The position numbers and the translations under genes are program-made. This document shows positions 35,739-47,532 of a stretch of 64,000 nt of DNA, in pieces. How positions within the stretch are numbered: position 1 is the first letter of the stretch; each line of letters opens with the position of its first letter. Location of the stretch: NCBI RefSeq assembly GCF_000281045.1, contig NW_008246130.1, forward strand, positions 112,035 to 176,034, read 5' to 3'. This DNA comes from Saprolegnia diclina VS20. Lineage: Eukaryota. Below the pieces are notes generated by a model that did not search any database, was not told where the DNA came from, and saw only the letters and a program-made list of their open reading frames with translations.

Positions 35739-36317
35739 ATGACCTTCAAGAACATCAGCGCGCGGACCCGGGACGAGCGCAAGGCCGTGCGGGACAAGGA
35801 AACATGGGAGAAGGATCGGCTCAAGGCGCGCAAGGAAGGCTTCATTCGCGTCGACACGTCCATTTCGGGCAGCGCCATGACCGTCCAGGCCCAAGGGTCG
35901 CAAGGGTTCATGTCGGACGCCGACCGCTTTCATACAGACGTCGCGGGCGAAGAAAAGGTCCTGCGCGAGTCGCGCCACGCCAAACACCAGCTTGTCTATG
36001 ACCACAAGCGCCGAGACAACCAGCTTCGCGAAGACCAGCGCTGGAAGACCATGGACGCCAAGGCGGCGGAGGAGAAGCAGCGCTGGGATCGGCTCCGCGA
36101 CGACGGTGGCAAGGCGCGTCGCAACAAGGCGTCGTGCGAATACAACCTCGTGACGCTCAAGTACAACGACGGTAAGGACGGCGAGCGCCTCATGAAGGCA
36201 GACAATGAGATCCGCCACCGCGCCGCCGTGCGCGCCGCGAACCTGCAGTTCCAGAACTCCCGCGCCGGCATCAACCCGATTACAGGCGACCCGATTGCCC
36301 GTGTATCGTTCTCGTAG
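35739..36317 (+). CDS. Hypothetical basic/charged helical protein
   Basis: Intronless 192-aa ORF with strong codon bias. Contains YNLVTLKY and a terminal INPITG motif. Family not identified. Confidence 0.75.
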   Translation: MTFKNISARTRDERKAVRDKETWEKDRLKARKEGFIRVDTSISGSAMTVQAQGSQGFMSDADRFHTDVAGEEKVLRESRHAKHQLVYDHKRRDNQLREDQRWKTMDAKAAEEKQRWDRLRDDGGKARRNKASCEYNLVTLKYNDGKDGERLMKADNEIRHRAAVRAANLQFQNSRAGINPITGDPIARVSFS

Positions 36318-36625
36318 TAGATAGCATCCTATCGACTAGATGACTAACTATAATGCAAGCACGCAGGAGGGGCAACGACTGAACTTTCAGATCGAAAGAT
36401 TTGGCGCCACGACCGCGACCCTTCAACACGAAAATGTCCGGATACCAAAAGTCACCATACAAGAATCAAGCTTATATTCTTATTTGTGTTTCGTATAGTA
36501 TACATTTATGCCCATTCGAGGCATCTAAGTGGTATACTGAGCCCAAGTCAAGTTTGCGTATCCGGACCTTCGACAGATTCCACGCAGCTGGCCAAACAAA
36601 ACCAACCGAGCAAAGCTTGACGACG

Positions 36626-37070
36626 ATGGCCGACACCGCGAAGGGTACGCGATCCCGCGCCTGGACGGGAAGGCTCCACGAACATGCAGGCTCATATCCC
36701 CCATCCTTCTATAGACGTTCCCACGGAAGAGAAGGAAGTCTTGGCCGAGGCCAAGGTACCGCAACAGTGTAGCGCGAGGAATGTGCGGCTCATGCAAGTG
36801 GATCTCATCTAGGCCGAGGTCGCCAAGGCCCAGGAGAACGATGAAGCGGCCGAGGCCAAGACCGCCGAGAAGGTTGCGGACCAACCCCCCGCGGCCAAGC
36901 TGGATGTGCAGGCCTTGCCCATCCGCGCGTACCTGGACCAAACCGTCGTGCCCATCTTGCTGCAGGGCATGTCGTCGCTCGTGAAGGAGCGGCCGCCGAA
37001 CCCGATTGAATGGCTCGCTGCCTATTTAATTAAGAACAACCCCCAGGGACCGAGTAGCAATAGCAAGTAG
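36626..37070 (+). CDS. DPY30: Dpy-30 homolog (COMPASS subunit), 3 exons
   Basis: The last exon encodes [42 protein letters not shown]. Confidence 0.93.
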
Positions 37071-37140
37071 TCTTACGAAGCCTTCAACACGATGACGGTC
37101 TCCACATATGTGATACTAGTATTATCGTTTGCTAGTGTTG

Positions 37141-37890
37141 CTATTGGGCATGCTGGCCCCGACCGCCTCTGTGCGCGCCACGACCACCACGACCGCCGTC
37201 GCGGCCGCCCCCTCGGCCACCGTCACGACCGCCAGTCCGGCCACCGCGACCGCCATCGCGGCCACCGCGACCACGGCCTTCACCACGGCTGCCCATGCCA
37301 CCGCGACCGCCACGGCCGCGACCACGGAGCGCATTGCGGTCTATTAAAAACCCAATATGAGTCTCGTGTTCTACACATGCAGTCGAAAGAGGTCGTACCG
37401 CGCTTCGAGAGGTCTTCTTCGTTGACTTGGTCCAGGACCTACACAGCAAGCCATGATCATGACGAGGCCTTGTGGAGACTCAGTCAGTTACCTTGTCGGG
37501 AATACCAATGTATTTGATCGTGTTGCCACGAATGTAGCACTCGGTGAGCTTCCAGAAGCGGTCGCCATCCTAGAACCCACCAGTGCATGACGATCGGGAA
37601 CGAGTGCTCCTTGTGGCTGCGTACCTTGGAGGTGCAAATGATGTTCTTGAGGTTGACATTCATCCACGTATCGCAGTTGACAAGCACGCCGTTGTACGTA
37701 TCACCGTTCTTCAGCTCGACGAGCTAGGAGGACAACTCGCATGAGTCGTTGGTCGCCTCGCCGTACATGCGTACCATCTCTTCGCCTTGGGCAGCTTGAA
37801 GCAGGGAGAGAGGCAGCTATGAGCATGTCGTCGTCCTTAGAACTCATCCTCATGGGCGGCCCAGGGCTCGCGGAAGCATCCTCGTACCAT
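37141..37890 (-). CDS. LSM4: U6 snRNA-associated Sm-like protein LSm4, multi-exon
   Basis: ATG-only first coding exon, then [48 protein letters not shown] and an RGG-rich tail. Confidence 0.95.
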
Positions 37891-38023
37891 GATCGTCCCG
37901 CTGCGGCCGCGCTTCGTTCCAGAATGGGGGAAAACTTGGTTGCCTGCACCGCATGATTTTGACCAATCATCGGCCATTGGCCGAATCTTTTTAACCAATG
38001 GCATCAATTCCTTTTTGCACCCC

Positions 38024-38467
38024 ATGTCCAGAGCTCTCTCGCTGTACCGGCGCCTCCTGCGGACGGCGAGAACATGTACGTGCTTGGCTGCGAGTGCCCA
38101 CGACAAATGCAAATGATCCTGATGAGTAGGGGAAGGAGGCGAGGTAGAGCGCTATTACATTCGTTCGCAAGCGCGGTACGCCAACTCGTTCGACGATGGC
38201 GGTTGCCCTCATGATCAACCGTGGCGTAGGCTTGAATTTGAAGCCAAGCGCAGCCTGCGATCGGCGATTGAGATCGGCAACGCCATCAACGAAGGCGAAC
38301 AACGCCTAGAGGTCGGCCTCCACTACAAGAACCCGTATCCGCGGCCGCACTACTCGGACCCAGGAACACTTGGTGGCGAAGCCGATCTCAAGCGCCAAAC
38401 CAAGCGCGTGGACCCAAAAGCCAGCCACCGCGCCAAGGTCAGCAAAGGTAAGGCGTTCAAGTGGTAA
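38024..38467 (+). CDS. LYRM1: LYR motif-containing protein 1, 3 exons
   Basis: SLYRRLLRTARTW...ERYYIR...RLEVGLHYKNPYPRP after removing two short introns. Confidence 0.85.
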
Positions 38468-38933
38468 CTCCAATGCAAACGCTGGCACCTTGGCTTGCCA
38501 CGCCACTTTGGCATCGAAAGAGCGCGTCTCTGCGCTTCGCATTTTGCGTGCCCATCGTCGTCTACCCAGCGCTCTTGGTAGCGAAGCTGCAGTCAGATAG
38601 AGGGCTGGTGTGGGCCTAGGATACCGGTATAGCCGTTGGGATATGACTGGGACGCCCGAGGCCATACAAACTCCGTACTAGTAAGTGCAAACTTGAGCGG
38701 ATCGCCATGCTGCTGTTGGCGAGGCGCAAATAGTCCCAGCTCCTTCAATATGTATGCGTGAGCAGGTTCATGGCTTCACTGTGATCAAGACGACACGCTT
38801 GCCCAACGCAAGTCAAGGAGCTTCAAACCTGTATCAATGCATATTGCAGTGTAATGCGTCCTGCCGTATCGAATGTGAGAGGTGTAGCGAAAGTCGACCA
38901 GACTTTGAACCCAGCGGTAGACACGAAGCGGCG

Positions 38934-39394
38934 ATGTTCGGGAAGCTCTTGGTCGCGCTTGGCAGCATCCTCCTCGTCCATGCGGGCTACTACACCGTCC
39001 AATGTACATGACATCTTCCTCGTCCACCTGCGCTTACATGTGCCTACGCAGACGAGTCCTACGTCAAGCTCGCCGAAGTGACGGACGCGGCGATTCCCCC
39101 GTTCGCGGTACGCCAACGACAAAGCTTATGCCACGCTCATGCTCCTCCTGCATTCATAGGCCAAAGTTGAACTGGCCATCTCCTTTGCACTCTTCCTCGC
39201 CGGCGTGCTCGCCATGGCCGGCGACTTTGTCCCGATTCGGTCGACCGAGTTCTTCAACAACAAGTACGTGGCCGCCCTGCCCATGCGATGCATCACATTC
39301 CACCGTGTCTAGGTCCTTTGACTGGGTCGTCTCGAACCCCGAGTTTGCGACCTTCAACCACCGCGGCAAGCACTTACCGAAGAAGACCACGTAA
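38934..39394 (+). CDS. EMC5: ER membrane complex subunit 5 / membrane magnesium transporter, 4 exons
   Basis: LLVHAGY, two TM helices and C-terminal NPEFATFNHRGK. Confidence 0.9.
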
Positions 39395-39802
39395 ATGTCG
39401 ATGGTCGCCCCATCGATGCTAGACTCTTCTTTCGTTCATACTACAATACCCGTCCCTGCATGTTCATCTTCTCATGGCGGAAAGGATTACATGCGGGCAT
39501 GAAGCGTGGTGCGACTTTGCTGCATCCAGGCAGCGTGCGAGAGGATGCAGCTACCGAGCGCATGGCTTCATCTTCTGCCTGCTCACAGCTTTCACTGTGT
39601 ATAGCAGCCTCAGTACGCTGGGTGCAATTGTCTGTAGCTCAGGCTATCGGCAAGGAGAAGAAATCCAACGTGGCGCCGATAGATGTTTCAACGGCGCCTG
39701 TCGGTCAACGCCAGGCGTTCACCGTGGCCCAAAATAGCGCGGATCTTCTCAGGCTAATCTTCATACTGCAATCGCCCGCGAGCTCCACACTCAGAACTCA
39801 AG

Positions 39803-40486
39803 ATGCAGTTGCTCTCGGTGCTTTTGAGCCTCACTGCCATGACATCGGTCGCCCAAGGGCGGGGACTGCGCCAGGACGCGGCCGCCGAGTGCGTCTCGCG
39901 CTGCCAGCGCGCCGCGGCCTCGGAGCGCGAGGTGTTTTGCACCTCGTACCGCAACCAAGTCCCGCGCCCGACGCTCTTCAACCGCTGCGTTGACGCCTTC
40001 GGCAACGGTATGTTCCATAACGGTGCTACAAGATCTGAGGCTGGTGTAGCGATCACCGTTGGGTGCGACCTCTGCTACAATCCGTCCACGTACCTCGAGT
40101 TGCGCAGCAACGCGTTCCACTACTGCGACAAGTGGGGCCGCGGCCACCCCCATTCGTACAAGGCGGCGTGCGAGGCGTCGTACCTGCACGCAGTCAACTC
40201 GATCGAAGAGTACCTCAACAAAAATGGATTTCTCTCCCTCGAGTCGCTGCAAATCATGCCCACCGAGCGCCAGCTCGACGCGGATGTCGAGTCGGCCGAG
40301 TCGATCGTCGAGCGCCATGTTGGTCCCAGTGCAAAATGGTGTCGATCTAATGATGCTTTGGTTAGCTCCGGGAAGCGCGTGCTGAAGCCCGGGAGGAAGC
40401 TGCTCTCCAAGATCGGTTCGATCGCCACCTGTGAGCACGACCCGAGCGACATACTAGAAGGACGAAGCCCCGAAGGCATAGGATAA
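39803..40486 (+). CDS. Secreted cysteine-rich protein
   Basis: Signal peptide MQLLSVLLSLTAMTSVAQG, then RGLR and multiple Cys. Possible introns at about 40008-40049 and 40319-40365; the latter would move the stop to 40434. Confidence 0.75.
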   Translation: MQLLSVLLSLTAMTSVAQGRGLRQDAAAECVSRCQRAAASEREVFCTSYRNQVPRPTLFNRCVDAFGNGMFHNGATRSEAGVAITVGCDLCYNPSTYLELRSNAFHYCDKWGRGHPHSYKAACEASYLHAVNSIEEYLNKNGFLSLESLQIMPTERQLDADVESAESIVERHVGPSAKWCRSNDALVSSGKRVLKPGRKLLSKIGSIATCEHDPSDILEGRSPEGIG

Positions 40487-40535
40487 TAGGAATAAAATCT
40501 ATATTTTGTAGTCAACGCGCCATGACTGTGCGCCT

Positions 40536-41630
40536 CTAGTCCATGTCTTCGTCGTCGTCGTCATCATCCTCATCATCATCTTCATCGTCGTCGTCGCTGC
40601 CGTCAATTTCAAGACCCTCATACTCTTCTTCGTCTTCGTCGACGCTCATCTCGGCGTCGTCGTCCGCGCCCTCGTCCGTCGACGCCTTCTCGACGTGCAC
40701 CGGCATCGGCTTGACGATTTCGTCCGTGAAGAGAACAGCGTTCAGGCGTTGCTTGGCGTAGTACGTATGGACGTTCTTGCGCGTCTCGGTATGGTACACG
40801 TGGACCATGCGGTCGAGACCGACAGCGGCCATGTACGGCAGCGTCGGGTGCAGCGCAATATCGCGGATTGCACCGACGGGCCCATGGTACCGGCCGAGGT
40901 GCTTCATGTTGCGGAGATCCAGCGCGTTGATGTTGCCGGCCGTGTCGCCGAAAATGACGCGGTGGTCCTGCACAGCGAGCGACGTGATCGGGAGCTCGCC
41001 AAACAAGGTTTCCTGGACCGGGCGACGCTTCGTCGCCGTGTCGTAGATGCGGATCTGGTGGTGGCCCGTGCCCACAACAAGGCGGTGGCCTTCGCTCGGC
41101 GGCAGGAACGCCATGCACTTGACCCACACGGGCACACGCATATCGAGGTCATCGTGCGTCACGTTCTTGGCCTTGAAGATCGCGGTCTGCGTCTCGAGAT
41201 CCCAGAGGTTCAAGTCACGCTCCTTGCCACCAATCGCAATCGTCTTGGAGCTCAACGGGTCGACGCGGAGCGTATGGATGTCGTGGCCGACGCTGAAGGA
41301 CGCGGGATTGGGCTTGATGTTCAGCGGGTGCACAATCTCGACGAGGCCCTCGACGTTGCAGCGCACAATCGAGCCGAACTCACGGAGCACGCCCATGCCG
41401 ACAGGCGCGCCTTTGGACTTAAAGCTCCACGGCGCGTCGGCGCCGTCGGCCGCGACGCAGTCGACGTGGCCATTGACACGCCCGATGACGACGTCGTTGT
41501 CAGCCGTCCATGCGAGGTACTTGGCCGACGTCGCGCGGCTCTGCGTCGTCGAGCCGAGCACCTGCGCCGTGTTGGCCTCGAGGCCCACGCTCTTCACCAA
41601 GCCCGTCTCGTCGCCGATGATCACGCGCAT
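40536..41630 (-). CDS. WDR74: WD repeat protein 74 / Nsa1 (60S biogenesis)
   Basis: Motifs GDETGLVK, GGKERDL, FKAKNV..DDLDMRVPVW, RRPV, GAIR and GLDR, plus an acidic tail. Confidence 0.93.
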   Translation of the reverse strand: MRVIIGDETGLVKSVGLEANTAQVLGSTTQSRATSAKYLAWTADNDVVIGRVNGHVDCVAADGADAPWSFKSKGAPVGMGVLREFGSIVRCNVEGLVEIVHPLNIKPNPASFSVGHDIHTLRVDPLSSKTIAIGGKERDLNLWDLETQTAIFKAKNVTHDDLDMRVPVWVKCMAFLPPSEGHRLVVGTGHHQIRIYDTATKRRPVQETLFGELPITSLAVQDHRVIFGDTAGNINALDLRNMKHLGRYHGPVGAIRDIALHPTLPYMAAVGLDRMVHVYHTETRKNVHTYYAKQRLNAVLFTDEIVKPMPVHVEKASTDEGADDDAEMSVDEDEEEYEGLEIDGSDDDDEDDDEDDDDDDEDMD

Positions 41631-42012
41631 TTTGCTGCTGCCAATTCCAAATCTCCGAGCGTAGATCCCGAAACACGAAAAACCACTGGTTATGAACTTG
41701 GGTAGTTTTGGCCAATCATATTGCGTTATCACGCAATAGCGCGTGTGATTGGCCAAAAGTCGCACACCGGCTTCCTCCCTGCAGCCACCTTGATGCTGCA
41801 TCCGAGGACTCCCTCGCACAAGGGAATAACCAGATATTCCGTTGCCCTCGCACCAAGTCCCACGATGGCTTTGGCGGGCCATGAGCAATGTTCGCTCCTT
41901 CTAACAAGCGCATGGAGCCGACAGATCTGCGATCATCTATGAACGGCTCATGGGTCTTGCCCTTGAAGATCACGCGCCAAGAATCGATATAAACTAACTT
42001 GCATGGTCGATA

Positions 42013-42744
42013 TTACATGGCCATGGAAGCCTCAAGACGCCGAAGCTCCTCAAGCTCGTCGGCGTCGGCCTTGCCGCTCACCTTGATGTTCGTAACGGGG
42101 TGCGTCGGGGCGTCGGGGAATGCAAACATAGAAGGCGCGGGAACCGCAGGTGCCGCAACCGGTGTCGGGCGCACGGGCTGCGCGACTTGGGCATGCGTCG
42201 GGCGGCTCGAGTCGAGCTGCTTTTCGAGCTCTTCGTCCATCATGCTCTCAAGCTCAGCGGCGAGCTCGTCGTCATCGTAGAGGGCGTTGCCAAGCGGCTG
42301 CGAGATCGCACGGCCAATTTCATCGGCCGTTGCCATCTCTTCTTGGATATCGTCCATGATGTCATCGACCGAGTCGACGTTCATTTGGCCATGGATGGCC
42401 TTCATCTGGTTCGCGCCCGTGCGCAGCGCCGTGAAGGTCTGCATGTTGACCTGCGTCGACTCGAGCGTGATGACCTGCGTCTCGAGGGTCATCCGTGCTC
42501 CTTGGAGCTTTTCGATTTCGGATTCGTACATCTTCTTGCGCTTGAGGCAGAAGATAGCACCGCGCTTGTCCTTGGCCGCCGACTTCTTCTTCGCCTCCTC
42601 AAGCTGCGCCTCGATCTTCTTCTCGATGTGGGACTCACGCTTCTCGAGCGTGTCGAGCTGCTCGCGCAGCTTGCGGATCGTCTCGGCCGTCTCCGCGGGA
42701 CCCGTCTTGACCGGCGCCGCTGCCTTGCGCCCAAAGAAGTTCAT
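42013..42744 (-). CDS. SNF7: ESCRT-III Snf7/CHMP4/Vps32
   Basis: IRKLREQLDTLEKRE, KRGAIFCLKRKKMYE, VDDIMDDIQE and DDDELAAELE. Confidence 0.95.
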   Translation of the reverse strand: MNFFGRKAAAPVKTGPAETAETIRKLREQLDTLEKRESHIEKKIEAQLEEAKKKSAAKDKRGAIFCLKRKKMYESEIEKLQGARMTLETQVITLESTQVNMQTFTALRTGANQMKAIHGQMNVDSVDDIMDDIQEEMATADEIGRAISQPLGNALYDDDELAAELESMMDEELEKQLDSSRPTHAQVAQPVRPTPVAAPAVPAPSMFAFPDAPTHPVTNIKVSGKADADELEELRRLEASMAM

Positions 42745-43314
42745 GCTGCTGCTGCTGGAAGGGAAATAAAATAAAATATATTTGGGAGAACACGCCAGCA
42801 CCGTACATACATTCTCCCCAAGCGCACTTAGTCCCGATCGACCTGCATTCTGCGCCGAATTTCTGAAAAATTGCTATTTGACAATCGAAAAACGATGTTC
42901 ACTACGGGGAGCGCTGTTTTAGAAAACAAGATGAGCCCCTTGTGGCAAGTGGGAATTACACGGGCCTCCGCTCGAATAGTCGCTGTTTGAATCATGATTT
43001 TTGCTCTGAAAGTGTGCGAATTCGAGCACGAATTTCAATTTTTTGTGAACGAATAAACGACGCATGCTCGTCGCAACAAGGTCGTGGTATGGGAACCCTC
43101 GCGAATGCACAGTGCGCACCTGCATCGCAAGGAAGCGACGGCCATTGCTGAGGATAGTCTCTCTGCTCTCTGCGATCCTTTGTCGAGACCCAAATAGTGT
43201 GCAACCAACATTCATGATTGGCCACGTGGGCAATGTACAATGTACGATCGTACCGTACGTACGTTTCAGTACAGCGCAGGGTGACGCAATGATGGCGTGT
43301 GCAGTTGGCACAAG

Positions 43315-46310
43315 ATGGGGAACGAGTCGAGCCGGCCCGCCGTCGACCCCGCGGTCCAGGCGCAGGCGGACGCCAAGACGATCCGCCGCATGGACAAGGT
43401 CATCCGCAAGAAGGTGCGAGGCGGCCTGACGTACAACATGAAGCTGCTCATCCGCGGCGAGAGGGGCACGGGCAAGACGTCGCTCATGGCGCGCCTGCAA
43501 GGCCAGCCGATTCCGCCGACGCACGAGCCGACGCGCGAGATCCAGACGGCGTCGATCCAATGGACCATGCAGACGCACGAAGACACGGTGAAGTGCGAGC
43601 TCTGGGACGTCGTCGACGTCGGGATTCCGTCCGAGGACCCGATCGAGGCGCCGTCGCCGGACGCCGTTGGCCGCCACCCTGTGGCCCTCGTCGACGCGCA
43701 GGCCGTTGACGTCTACCAGAACGCCCACTGTGTCATCTTCCTCATGGACATCACCAAGTACTCGACGCTCGAGTACGTACGCACTCAGCTCGACCTTGTG
43801 CCCGTGCACATCCCAACTCTCGTGCTTGGGACGTTCCGCGATCTCCGGAAGGACGACGTGACGCTCAAGCGCGCGATCTTCAAGGACGACGTCCAGACGC
43901 TGCTGTACGGCAGCCACAAGGACCACAAGCTACCCGGCTTTCGGCGACCGTCCGAGGTGCACTACTTCGAAGCCTCGCTCTCCAACTGCTATGGCTTGAA
44001 GGCGCTGCACACGTACCTCGGCGTCCCGTTCCTGCATCTCAAGGTGGCGACTGTCAAGCAGCAGCTGCGGCTTCTTGAGACGGAGCTCGCGAGCACAAAG
44101 GCCCAAGTCGACGTGTCGATCGCCGGTCAAAAGTACAGTGACTTTGTCGCCAACTTGGCGGGTGCAGACGTCAAGACTGGCCGCCGCGTCGCTGCACCAG
44201 CCGCTGCCGCTGCCTCCGAGCCGCTCAAAGTCGACGAGCTCGAGGATTTGCCCGAACGCGACGTCGGTGCCGACGGTGCGGCGAGCCCGGTGCCACTCCG
44301 GATTGTGCACAAGGCCCCAGCACCAGCGCCGGTGGCCGCACCCGCCGCCGCTGTCGCTGCACCGGTGGCCAAAGTACCGGCGAAGGCAGCAACGACCAAG
44401 GCCGACGCGCCGCGGACGTCGTGGAGCAAGAACGAGACGCTCGAAGACTTCACCGTCAAGACAGACATGGACAAGTTCTACTCGTCGGACGAGGACAGTG
44501 GCGACGGCACCGACGAGGTAGGCACCTCCATATGTCCAACCCATGTCCAACGACGTTGTTATTTGGATAGGACGTTGTCGTGCCCACGAGCGTCGTCGCG
44601 CCCCGCGTCTTTCGCAAGCAAGATTTCATCTACAGCGACTCGGACGACGACGACACAGCCATGTACGCGCGGCCCAAGATGTCCAAGAAGAAGCCAACGG
44701 CCAAGAAGCCCGCGTCGCCGCCGCCAAAGGCCAAGCCAGCGAAAGCGACTGTGGTACCGCCACGCTCCCCTGTGAAGCGTCCCGCGTCACCCAAAGCACC
44801 GTCGCCGGCGCCTGCGCCCGTCGTTGAGGCGCTGCCACTGCCAGAGGTCGTCGCTGTCGTGGCTGCGGCACCGTCGCCCAAGGCAGTGCCGCCGCCGGTG
44901 GCCGCGTCCGACTCGGACGACGACACGCCGGTGCCCGTCGACGTGCCAGCGTACATAACACTGCCGCGCCGTGCGTCTGCTCAGAACCATGCTGCCAGCA
45001 CGAACGAGGACGACGACGCAGATAGCATTGCGACTGGTTTGGATGACGAGCCTTGGGCGACCAACTCGATCGAGTTTTCCGACGACGACGATGATGATGG
45101 AAAGGCACCTGGTCCCACGGTCGCCGATTTGCCGCCTGCCGTGCGTCCCTCGAACGACGATGGTGACGCCAGCGTGCGGACGTCGGTGCAAGGTCACGCA
45201 TCTGGCAGCGATAGCGACGCCGCCGAATCCCGACCCGCCGTTCTCTCCGACTCGGAGGGCGAAGTATCGTTGCCTGCCCAGCCCGTCGTTCACTCCGACT
45301 CGGAGGACGACGCGCCGTTGCCTGCTCGACCGGTGGTGCTGGACGATTCGGAGCCGGAAGACCAGACACCGGTGCCAACACCACATGCGATTCCGCGGAA
45401 TGATGCGTCGGACGACGACGACGACGTCGTGCCAAGTCGCCCGGTCGTCCTAAGCGACTCGGATGACGACACAGCGCCGTTGCCGACGCGACCGATGGTT
45501 TTGAGCAACAGCGACGATGATGACGACGCACCTGCGCCGATGCCGGTGATCGCTGCTAGCCATTCCGACGACAAGCGGTCAAAGGTAGCCGACGTCCATT
45601 CCGATGACGAAGCCCCGTTGCCGTCACGACCGGTCGTCTTGGACGACGATTCGGACGCCGAGCCGGGACCGACGTCAGGATCGTTGGGCTTGCCGTCACT
45701 GCCGATTGTGAACGTGATCACGTCGCAGCCGTCGCCCGTAGTCCTCGCCAAGCCCGTGGTGAAGAAGACACCCACGGCACGAAAAGCAAAGATGGTCGTC
45801 GCGATGAGTGACGACGACGACGACTCGGACGCGCATCCCGTGCCAGCGCCCGTGGTAGCTCCTGCCCGCCGTCGCAAGGTGTCGACCAGCGACGAAGATA
45901 CCGGGGACTTTAAGGTGGAGAGGAGTACGACGAGCTTTTGGAATGCCAAGGACGATGACGATGATGACGAAGACGATACGAAGGAGATTACGTACACGCG
46001 AGCACCTCGCAAGGCGCGGGCAGCCATGCCAGCACTGCCAACGGCATTCTCGGTCACGTCGGCGCCGACCCCCGCGCCCGTCCAGATGAACAGCAGCGTT
46101 TTGGCGGCGATCGAGGAAGCCAAGCGCGCGGCCCTCGCCATGCTCGCCGAGCCGTCGCCGTCCGTCGACGCGTCCGTGGCACCTGCTGTGTCGTCATCGA
46201 CCAAACCGTCGCGGGTCAAGACCAAAAAGTCGGACAAGCCCAAGAAGGACAAGAAGGAGAAGAAGCCCAAGAAAGCCAAGAAACCCATGACCGTGCTCGA
46301 CAGCGACTAA
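43315..46310 (+). CDS. RABL6: Rab-like protein 6 (atypical GTPase) with long acidic/Pro-rich tail, 2 exons
   Basis: Motifs GLTYNMKLLIRGERGTGKT, PTREIQTASIQW, ELWDVVD, DVYQNAH and YFEASL..YGLK. Intron 44518-44570. Confidence 0.88.
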
Positions 46311-46371
46311 CTTTTTTTCTAATTATAGTCGTGGAAAGGCCGCCTTTTGAGTTTGCACTTCATATTTTCGA

Positions 46372-47485
46372 ATGCAGCTCGTCGTGCTGATTTCGCTGCT
46401 CAGTCTCTTGCAGGGCGCCCACGCCACGTGCTGCGCGACGTGCTTGGCGCAGCCGCTGGTCGCGGCCGTCGACGCGGTCAACTGGACCGCGTGCTCTGCG
46501 GCGCAGCAAGTCTGCTGCTTTGACTGCACGCCGTCCACGTTCGGGACGCCGACGTACGTGACGACAACTGTGACCTATGACAACGACGGCGCGCGCGTGC
46601 CCAGCGGCGAGTACCTCCAGCTCTCGTGGCCCGGCGCGGTCGCTGTCAAGTACCTCATGCTGCGGAAAGGCCAGCCCAAGACGGCGCAGGTGACCAACAC
46701 GAGCAGCGCGTCGACGGTCGCCGGGAGTTACTTTGGCCTGTGCCCGCTCTTTGATGGCACCATCTACCTCCGCGCCTTCGACGCATCGGGGTGCTCTGCC
46801 TCGCTCGAGATGGCCGTGACGGTACTACGGCGCCTGCTTTGAATCGAGGGCTCACGGCGGTCGCGTAGGTGACGTCAGGCAGTGGCTCGTGTGCGAATGC
46901 GATCCCGACCATGCCCCCGACGGTGACAAGCATCCCGTGCGACCCGGTTCGTGGCGCTGTCACGAGTACGATGCGATCCCGACAGCTGCGCGTTCTCAAG
47001 CCTCGTAGATGGCACGTGCAACTGCCTCCAGGACTTTACAGGTCCGCCCGCGTGCCTCGAAAACTCGCCGTGGAAGCAATGGGGCCAGATCCTGACCTAC
47101 TGCGCCGGCGGGGTGGGACCGAATGCTCGTATTGCGAGAGCGTCGACTGAGCGCAGTGTAGGCGTCGTTCATCACGGCCGTCTTTGGCTTTTACCGCCTC
47201 TGGAAACAGCGGCAGCTGCACCAGCACGAAGCCGCCGTCATGGACCAGTCGCCGGCGAGTAGCGACGCATCGCCATTGGACAAGGCCAAGGAGCAGCATC
47301 AATCGATCGAGACGCCGCTGTGCGGACCGACGCTGCTGCCGTTGCAGATAAGTAAGACGGTGCGCGACGACAGCAAGGCGAGCAGCGATGGCTCGTCCAT
47401 CTCCGAGATCTACGTGGCCGGCGACCTGCGCTTCCACCGCGGAATGGAGAGCCCCGAGCGCAACTCGCGCGAGTTCTCCTTGTAG
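46372..47485 (+). CDS. Type I membrane Cys-rich protein with EGF-like juxtamembrane segment, about 4 exons
   Basis: Signal peptide, CC..C motifs and CNCLQDFTGPPAC. The spliced TM helix is ILTYCAGGASFITAVFGFY followed by RLWKQR and a Ser-rich tail. Confidence 0.75.
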
Positions 47486-47532
47486 CATGGGTGGTGTGGT
47501 AGACCTGAGACAGCAAACTAATAGGAGTGTAT

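Noticed and set aside
37141..37330. GC-rich repeats resembling an array, and an Ala/Thr-rich + strand ORF
   Set aside because: Explained by the RGG tail of LSM4 on the minus strand; there is no repeat-spacer (CRISPR) structure.
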